From assembly GCF_001194135.2 (NCBI RefSeq), contig NC_068991.1, positions 2,547,782 through 2,611,781 of the forward strand: a stretch of DNA of 64,000 nucleotides. Reading direction: 5' to 3'. Below, in pieces: positions 57,315-64,000 of this stretch (positions are counted from its first letter, which is position 1; every line of letters begins with the position of its first letter). This stretch comes from Octopus bimaculoides (Eukaryota). Under the pieces are notes generated by a model. It searched no databases. It saw only the letters and a program-made list of their open reading frames with translations, and was not told the DNA's origin. The position numbers and the translations under genes were made by a program.

Positions 57315-59349
57315 TGGGTGGGGACAGATAGACAGACAAATAGGCAGACAGGTAGCTAAATAGACAGACAGACAGACAGATAGACAGATATATAGATAAA
57401 TAGACAGACAGACAGATAGATAGATATATAGATAAATAGACAGACAGGCAGGCAGACAGACAGACAGACAGATAGAGAGATAGATGGATGGATGGATGGA
57501 TGGATGGATGGATGGAGGGATAGACAAACAAACATGCACACATTTCCCCGTACAATTTACTGGTCATTTCTGTTATGATCATTTGAAATCAGAAATGAAT
57601 AAATAAATAAACAAATCAGAGTTAATTATCAGAATCAAATATTGGAAACATTGGAAGAAATTATGGATCTGGAATTGTTATTTTTGAGTTGGAGCCAAAA
57701 AAAAAAAAAAAAAAAAAAACCTCAAGAATGAAAAACAAAACTTCAACATTAAACTTGTTAGCCAGACATATGGTTGTGTTTCCAATAGTACAACTTTGAA
57801 AGAAACTCTCCTGCCAAGATATACAGACACATCATCATCATCATCAACATCATTTGATATCTGTTTTGCATGCTGGCATGGGTTGGATGGTTTCACAGGA
57901 TTTGGCAAACTATAGGGCTGTGTTGAGCTCCAGTGTCATTTCTGGCATGCTTCCTACACCTGGATGCCTTCCCTATCGTCGACCACTTTACACTGCATAC
58001 CAGGTGTTTTTTACATAGCACCAGCACTAATGAGGTCACCATGTAATTTGCAAAACAGAAAAGGAACATACGTATTAAACCACACACACACACACACATG
58101 TGCATACTCACATATGGTAATAAATGGAAACTGATTTATGCATGTATATATGTTTTGAGTATTTAAAATGATTTCATTTAATGGCTCTGAGGGAGCAAGA
58201 GGATGTTGCACAAAAACTCCATCCTGAACGTATTGCTTCTGATAGCAGAAACAGCTACAAGCCAATGAAGCTGATTGTGTGATTCTTGTTCTTTTGTCAT
58301 TTATTAATAAATATTACACTTTGCATTTGCTGAATACTTTACTCTAAAAGCTTAGACATATCAAATGAATATAAAAATATGTAATAAATTTTTTTTTTTT
58401 TTCGTGAAGGTGTATGGCCCAGTGGTTAGAATGTCAGGCTCACAATCATGAGGTAGTGAGTTTGGTTCCTGGATGGGGCTGTGTGTTGTGTTCTTGAGCA
58501 AGACTTTTTATTTCACATTGTTCCACTTCATTCAGATGTAGAAATGAGTTGCAACATCACTGGTGCCAAGCTGTATCGGCCCCTTTGCTTTTCCCTTGGA
58601 CAACATCAGTGGTGTGGAAAGTGGAAGACTAGTATGCATAGGCAACTGCTGGTCTTCCATAAATAACCTTGCCCAGACTTGTGCTTCAGAGGGTAACTTT
58701 CTAGGTGCAATCCCATGATCCTTCATGACCAAAGGGGGTCTTTTAATTAACATTTTAAAAAAATATGTGTATATAAATATCTATTATAATATTTAGTGTG
58801 TGCAATGTAAATACTTATCCCCTGGGGGGACGCACACAACTCAGCACAGTCCAACACATCACACCCTACCACATACCTGAAACTCACCAGATCCAGCCTG
58901 GAATCCATTGCAGTTATCAGGATTAAACATGTGACCCAGCATCACAGCCACAGCATCTTTAGCAGAAGAAAACTGAAATACAGACAGAATTGTAGAAGGA
59001 ATAACAAGTAAAGAAAGAAAAAAAGATCTCAAGAATACAATTGCAATTTGCTAGAATGTTACCAACAGCATCAAGAAATCTGACCATTCAAAAGTTCATG
59101 TGGAACCAGATCTAACAACAATTTCATCTTAAGTGCACATTTTCAAGGCAAGACTATTACTATATATTGATAGCAAAGAGCCTTCTTGGATCTTCAGCTT
59201 TGGAAGTAGTCAGGGAGGAAGGGATACACATAAAACAAAAGAGAAGGATACAGTTCTATATTCAAGAGATGAGGAATTATGTACGTTATTTACATTATTT
59301 ACATTTGACGGATATTTGTCCTCATCTTGTTTGTTGTTGTTGTTATTAC

Positions 59350-59393
<44 letters not shown>

Positions 59394-59779
59394 CCCATGG
59401 GCATATGGCATAGTGGTTAAGAGAGCGGGGCTACTAACCCCAAGATTCCGAGTTCGATTCCAGGCAGTGACCTGAATGATAATAATAATAACAACAACAA
59501 CATCGAAAAATAACTTAGGAATGAGAACCCAGGTTCGAAATTTCCCCAAGACACCTGATGAAGGCTGGAGGGTATATCAGCCGAAACGTTGTGTTAACAA
59601 CAAACAAGATGAGGACAAATATCCGTCAAATGTAAATAATGTAAAAGAGAAGGATTCTAGGAATACAAGAATATGCCTAAGGCAAAACCAAAATAAGATG
59701 TCTTACCTTTAGTCTTTTCACACCTGCTTCTCCATGAAGACCTGGGTTAGAAAGATTAGTGGTTGGGGTTACAAGATTG

Positions 59780-59836
<57 letters not shown>

Positions 59837-60576
59837 GTGGTTTTATGTTGCCTCCTTTCAGGTATTTCTTACAGAAAGACCATCTTGTCGGCTGGATACA
59901 GGATAGGTACACAGGTACACCCCACCCCACTCTCTTTAACCAACTCAAGGAAGAAACAAGTCACTGACAATGGGTACCTCTACCATATTTCTGCAGAATG
60001 GTTCCTCTCATTTTGGCAGCTCGCATATGCAACAACAACAACAGCAATAATGACAATAACGATAGGAAAAAGACAGGTAACACAGGTTGTTACTTACCCA
60101 GACCAAGTTCCATTTCACCTGTCTCCAAAGAGAAGAGAGGGCCAACCCCTGGAACGGTACAACCACTGAGACTAAGGCCAATGGTACCTGCGAATAAGAC
60201 AGAATAGCAAAACAGTGAAAGGTCAATGGTAGTGAGAGAGACAGTGATGGTGATGGTGATGATGATGGGGTTGGTGGTGGTGAGGGGAGGTAGGGTGGAG
60301 CAGTGTCTCTGATAGTGAAGACAAAGTGATGATAGTGTCAGGGTGTAAAATGGATTAGTTGGTGGTAGTGTAGCTGTTGACATGATGTAGTAGTAGTAGC
60401 AGTAGTAGTAGTAGTAGTGTTGGTGGTGATAGTAGTAGTAATGGTGGTGGTGGTAGTGATGGTAGTAGCCAGTACTCACAGATGCACTTGAGTACATCCC
60501 GACAGACAGTCGTAATCTCAGCCAGACTCCTGCCTTCTTCTGCCATGGCACCAGCAATCTGTGGAATTGTTCAGAT

Positions 60577-60614
<38 letters not shown>

Positions 60615-62746
60615 ACATGACAGCCTACTCCCCTCTGCACCCTATTCCTATAGACACAATCTACAGTGAAAAAAAAATGGAAAGGCTAGGAAGTGGAGGT
60701 GGTCATCATATTACTGTTGTTTTTGCTCTGGTGGTGGTAGTGGTGGTGGTCATGGGCAGATTGGTGTTGGTTTTTATCTCATTCAGCTCAACACTACACT
60801 GGATCACTAAGCTGGATCATACTGNNNNNNNNNNNNNNNNNNNNNNNNNNNNNNNNNNNNNNNNNNNNNNNNNNNNNNNNNNNNNNNNNNNNNNNNNNNN
60901 NNNNNNNNNNNNNNNNNNNNNNNNNNNNNNNNNNNNNNNNNNNNNNNNNNNNNNNNNNNNNNNNNNNNNNNNNNNNNNNNNNNNNNNNNNNNNNNNNNNN
61001 NNNNNNNNNNNNNNNNNNNNNNNNNNNNNNNNNNNNNNNNNNNNNNNNNNNNNNNNNNNNNNNNNNNNNNNNNNNNNNNNNNNNNNNNNNNNNNNNNNNN
61101 NNNNNNNNNNNNNNNNNNNNNNNNNNNNNNNNNNNNNNNNNNNNNNNNNNNNNNNNNNNNNNNNNNNNNNNNNNNNNNNNNNNNNNNNNNNNNNNNNNNN
61201 NNNNNNNNNNNNNNNNNNNNNNNNNNNNNNNNNNNNNNNNNNNNNNNNNNNNNNNNNNNNNNNNNNNNNNNNNNNNNNNNNNNNNNNNNNNNNNNNNNNN
61301 NNNNNNNNNNNNNNNNNNNNNNNNNNNNNNNNNNNNNNNNNNNNNNNNNNNNNNNNNNNNNNNNNNNNNNNNNNNNNTTTAGGTGCAAAGTGAACTATGC
61401 AATCACATAGCCATGCCAGCCATGCCAGAATATAAAATATATTAACAATTTCAATGCACTAACAAAATCATAATTTTAATTTTCCCCTCAAAATGTTTGA
61501 TTGAAACTGTTAAAATTCCAATTCTTAATAATGAATTATTCTCATAATATATTAGCAAACCAAGTGAAACTAAATCTAATCCTAAACTACAAAGATGATA
61601 ATTTTGATGATGACAATGATGATGACATTTTGATGATGACAACGATGAGTATTATGGTGGTGGTGGTGGTGGTAACAAAACAACAAAGTCTACCTTCAGC
61701 ACAAGTATGCTTCCACAAAGTCCTCTCCGTCCGGCAGATCTAGCGTTGGAGGTAGATGCACAATCCTCGCCAATGATGACCGAATCTAAGCTGACCTTTG
61801 GCCACTGACTTCGGCAGCTCTCCAGGGACAAACCAAAATTTAGGCGGTCACCAGTGTAGTTGAGGAGCAAAAGAAGGCAGCCACCTGTTAAAGAAGACAA
61901 CAGCAATAACAACAACCACATCAGCAAATCTCTCTTCCCATTGTGTCAAACGGAAGCACTCACTTTCGACCACTGGGAGAAATTTTGTAGCAACATTTAA
62001 CACAAAATTAGGGGTGCCACTTATACCTGAATGTACCTGAGTATATACATTATGTATAGAGGTTACAAAAGTGATGGTGGATGCTGACTAGAACTGCTTA
62101 TGCTAAAATAACAGTTAAATTAACTCCAAATCCACTAAAGCACCATAGTGACAAAGGAAGGTAAGTCCCTAGCATATATAGCCATATCGCGATTTCGAAT
62201 TTTGGGTGTAGACCACCTTAATTCTTGTCAACAGCTCTTAATGCCTAGGGTTAAACTCAACTTCCTTAGTGAATCTTATACGAAAATCTGTTGAAAACAT
62301 ATACTGAATTTCAACATGATAAAAGTGTAAACAACAAATTATAAAGGGTGGCTTATTAGCAATTACAACCTAAAAGCAAAATTAATTGAAGTCACAAAAG
62401 TGACAGCGGGAGCACTATACTTAATGAATGACAATCATTAATGAATGTCAGTCTTTATGTATGGGCTTAAGTGGCTTTGGAGTTAATTTAACTCTTATCT
62501 TTAGCATAAGCAGTGTTAGTCAGCAGTACCCTCCGTCACTTTTATGACCTCTATTAACTTTTTTCTTTAGGTTCTAATTGCTTATAAGCCACCACCTGTT
62601 GAATTTGTTGTGTGTCATGAATATATATTTACCTTTAGATTCTGGTGTACAGATGGCATTGATAGCAGCGCTGATACTCATTGGTGGGGGTGATGTAAAA
62701 ACAGGACCAGAAACTGAAGCACTGAGGAGTCCTTCACCAACGTAAC
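51043..62746 (-). CDS. TKFC: Triokinase/FMN cyclase (dihydroxyacetone kinase, DhaK+DhaL domains); 15 exons in window, 5' end outside window
   Basis: join(-): 62633-62746, 61694-61884, 60480-60558, 60098-60187, 59707-59741, 58888-58972, 57111-57200, 56601-56720, 55363-55497, 54714-54848, 53665-53783, 52753-52865, 52235-52268, 51551-51637, 51043-51189. All introns GT-AG and phase-compatible (1574 nt). Family motifs: [70 protein letters not shown]. Confidence 0.97.
51551..51637 (-). CDS. TKFC: TKFC exon ([29 protein letters not shown])
   Basis: ccag/gtaagc boundaries; phase 0 to 0. Confidence 0.92.
52235..52268 (-). CDS. TKFC: TKFC 34-nt exon ([12 protein letters not shown])
   Basis: tacag/gtgagt boundaries; PGDRTM motif. 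Confidence 0.93.
52753..52865 (-). CDS. TKFC: TKFC exon ([16 protein letters not shown]...GLETIQ)
   Basis: ttcag/gtaggt boundaries; phase 0 to 2. Confidence 0.93.
53330..53630 (+). mobile_element. SINE family A copy in TKFC intron (CpG-decayed)
   Basis: match to family A with CpG to TpG/CpA changes. Confidence 0.7.
53665..53783 (-). CDS. TKFC: TKFC exon (VVIERLNTV...NCMGGTSGA)
   Basis: cag/gtgagt boundaries; MGGTSGA motif. Confidence 0.95.
54305..54705. repeat. Higher-order purine-rich repeat (about 220-bp unit x2, about 70-bp subunits)
   Basis: GAATGT(G/C)AACAGGAGAGACT motif recurs about 6 times. Confidence 0.75.
54714..54848 (-). CDS. TKFC: TKFC exon ([14 protein letters not shown]...[15 protein letters not shown])
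   Basis: cag/gtaagt boundaries; GDGDCG motif of DhaL. Confidence 0.96.
55363..55497 (-). CDS. TKFC: TKFC linker exon ([15 protein letters not shown]...LTNTSA)
   Basis: cag/gtaagt boundaries; DAxTxAxxWP motif. Confidence 0.92.
56601..56720 (-). CDS. TKFC: TKFC exon ([40 protein letters not shown])
   Basis: cag/gtaagt boundaries; GTFxTSLxMxGxSITL motif. Confidence 0.95.
56855..57060 (+). mobile_element. SINE family A 3' half in TKFC intron
   Basis: match to the family A 3' half. Confidence 0.8.
57111..57200 (-). CDS. TKFC: TKFC exon ([30 protein letters not shown])
   Basis: ttcag/gtaagt boundaries; NNLGG motif. Confidence 0.95.
58410..58742 (+). mobile_element. tRNA-derived SINE of a further family (ttgagcaagac core)
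   Basis: A box TGGCCCAGTGG, degenerate B box; related heads at 24900-25020 (-) and 42400-42570 (-). Confidence 0.7.
58888..58972 (-). CDS. TKFC: TKFC exon ([28 protein letters not shown])
   Basis: ttcag/gtgagt boundaries; phase-compatible with neighbours. Confidence 0.9.
59399..59472 (+). promoter_or_regulatory. tRNA-derived Pol III head (A and B boxes) of the HHR-SINE
   Basis: A box TGGCATAGTGG 59406-59416; anticodon-like arm GGGG-CTACTAA-CCCC 59427-59441; B box GTTCGATTC 59452-59460; acceptor stem does not close. Confidence 0.8.
59550..59595 (+). ncRNA. Minimal type I hammerhead ribozyme (Penelope-type)
   Basis: stem I GACAC/GUGUU; core CUGAUGA 59555-59561 plus extra A; stem II GGCUG/CAGCC; GAAA 59583-59586; palindromic ACGU in place of stem III; GUU triplet ending at 59590. 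Confidence 0.75.
59707..59741 (-). CDS. TKFC: TKFC 35-nt exon ([12 protein letters not shown], catalytic His)
   Basis: cag/gtaaga boundaries; G[I/L]HGE motif. Confidence 0.93.
60098..60187 (-). CDS. TKFC: TKFC exon ([31 protein letters not shown])
   Basis: cag/gtaagt boundaries; MELGLG motif. Confidence 0.95.
60480..60558 (-). CDS. TKFC: TKFC exon ([26 protein letters not shown])
   Basis: cag/gtgagt boundaries; phase 0 to 1. Confidence 0.93.
61694..61884 (-). CDS. TKFC: TKFC exon ([17 protein letters not shown]...[14 protein letters not shown])
   Basis: cag/gtagac boundaries; [10 protein letters not shown] and GRRGLCG motifs. Confidence 0.96.
62633..62746 (-). CDS. TKFC: TKFC exon ([38 protein letters not shown])
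   Basis: cag acceptor, gtaaat donor, DhaK VFTSP motif. Confidence 0.93.
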
Positions 62747-62779
62747 CTGAAGGGAATAACAGAAATATAGAAACTTAGA

Positions 62780-62990
62780 GTCGTGTGTGTCTGTGTGTCC
62801 CCCCACCATCGCTTGACAACCGATGCTGGTGTGTTTACGTTCCCGTAACTTAGCGGTTCGGCAAAAGGGCCCGATAGAATAAGTACTAGCCTTACAAAGA
62901 ATAAGTCCTGGGGTCGATTTGCTCGACTAAAGGCAGTGCTCCAGCATGGCCACAGTCAAATGACTGAAACAAGTAAAAGAGTAAAGAGTA
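62780..62990 (+). mobile_element. SINE family A 3' half (young)
   Basis: near-identical to 5990-6195. Confidence 0.85.
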
Positions 62991-64000
62991 TCTTAAATAC
63001 ATTATATGAATATAAATCGATTCTTATTATTTCACTGGAACTTTTAATTTACGAAACTTAGAGATGGATGAAAGGTAAAGTTGATCTCGGCAGAATTTGA
63101 ACTCAGAACGTAATGGGACGCAACTTAATACTACAATGCCCTTAGACCAGCGTCTTTCACTTCACTGTCATAACTCACAACTCACATTTGTAATGAAGTA
63201 GGTTTTGGGGTTACGAATAAATTAACTGCGTGTTTGTGTGTAACTGACATTCAAAATAACTTTTTTTTATCAACATCTCAGCCACAACTAAATCTGTCTA
63301 CACAGCGATCTGTTGCTCATCAGCCTTGCTAGAAATAACAGCCAAATACCTCTCGAATCACACTCTGCAGTCTCAGAAGGAGAAAGACACATTTAATAAA
63401 GTGGTCTTGGGTGCACATTGTCTGATAAACAGGTCGTTATGGCTTAGTGCCATAGCTCGACGGAGTTATGACTGGCCTAGGGTTAAACAGCAACGTTAAC
63501 TTTCACGAAACGACTTTGATTTCCACTCAAATTTTTTTCTTTATATATTCATGTATTTTTTCTTCCAGAATTTTCGTTGCTTCTTGCAACCTCAATAGAC
63601 GTTGAATCTCTCCGTTATCGGAGCTACGTTCCTTTTGCATGGTTGTGCACATGTGTGTGCGTCAGCGTGCATGTGTATACACACGTGTATGTATGTATGT
63701 ATGTATGTATGCATGCATGTATGTATGCGTGGGTACGTATGTATGTATGTATGTATGTATGTATGTATGTATTCTGCACATTCGTGTTTTTGTGTGTGTT
63801 TGTATATACGTGTGTCTTTGTGTGTACCCCTGTCTCCTTGTGTATGCGTGTATGGGTTTCTGTGATTATGTCCGTGTCTGTTATGTATGGATGTGTGTAT
63901 GTGTGTGTATACGGTCATGTGTCTCCGTCTCCGCGCGTGTGTGTGTGTGCAAACCAGATACAAAAACGAAGTATATATATATATATATATATATATATAT

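Larger units (their letters stand above)
59250..59642 (+). mobile_element. tRNA-headed SINE-like element with hammerhead ribozyme and inverted 5' arm; 13-bp TSD
   Basis: TSD AAAAGAGAAGGAT at 59237-59249 and 59643-59655; tRNA-like head 59399-59472; HHR 59550-59595; perfect 50-bp inverted repeat 59289-59338 / 59596-59645. Confidence 0.88.

Noticed and set aside
59399-59472. Functional tRNA gene (anticodon ACT)
   Set aside because: The acceptor and T stems do not pair, there is no oligo-T terminator, and it lies within a TSD-flanked element; it is a SINE head.

Overview
This is repeat-dense animal genomic DNA with many N gaps flanked by (TA)n/(CA)n. The SINE families and microsatellite load suggest an octopus (coleoid cephalopod); that assignment is inference. 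Two spliced genes face each other tail to tail. (1) Triokinase/FMN cyclase (TKFC/DAK) is on the minus strand: 15 phase-compatible GT-AG exons from 62746 to the stop at 51043, with the N-terminus outside the window. (2) An uncharacterised plus-strand gene has four phase-compatible exons (20180-36551, about 300 aa) with PH/GRAM-like motifs and a Cys cluster. Weaker candidate exons lie at 1.6-2.6 kb. The rest is tRNA-derived SINEs, mariner, hAT, CR1/L2 and Penelope remnants, a 28S rRNA fragment fused to a mariner 5' end, and satellites. The most notable signal is a set of hammerhead ribozyme (HHR) motifs. A TSD-flanked 393-bp element in a TKFC intron (59250-59642) joins a tRNA-like Pol III head to a minimal Penelope-type HHR and carries a fold-back arm that lacks the ribozyme. 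A second, complete type I HHR lies on the minus strand at 11125-11185, and two degenerate HHR relics are also present. All alignments and folds were done by eye; no database searches were run.
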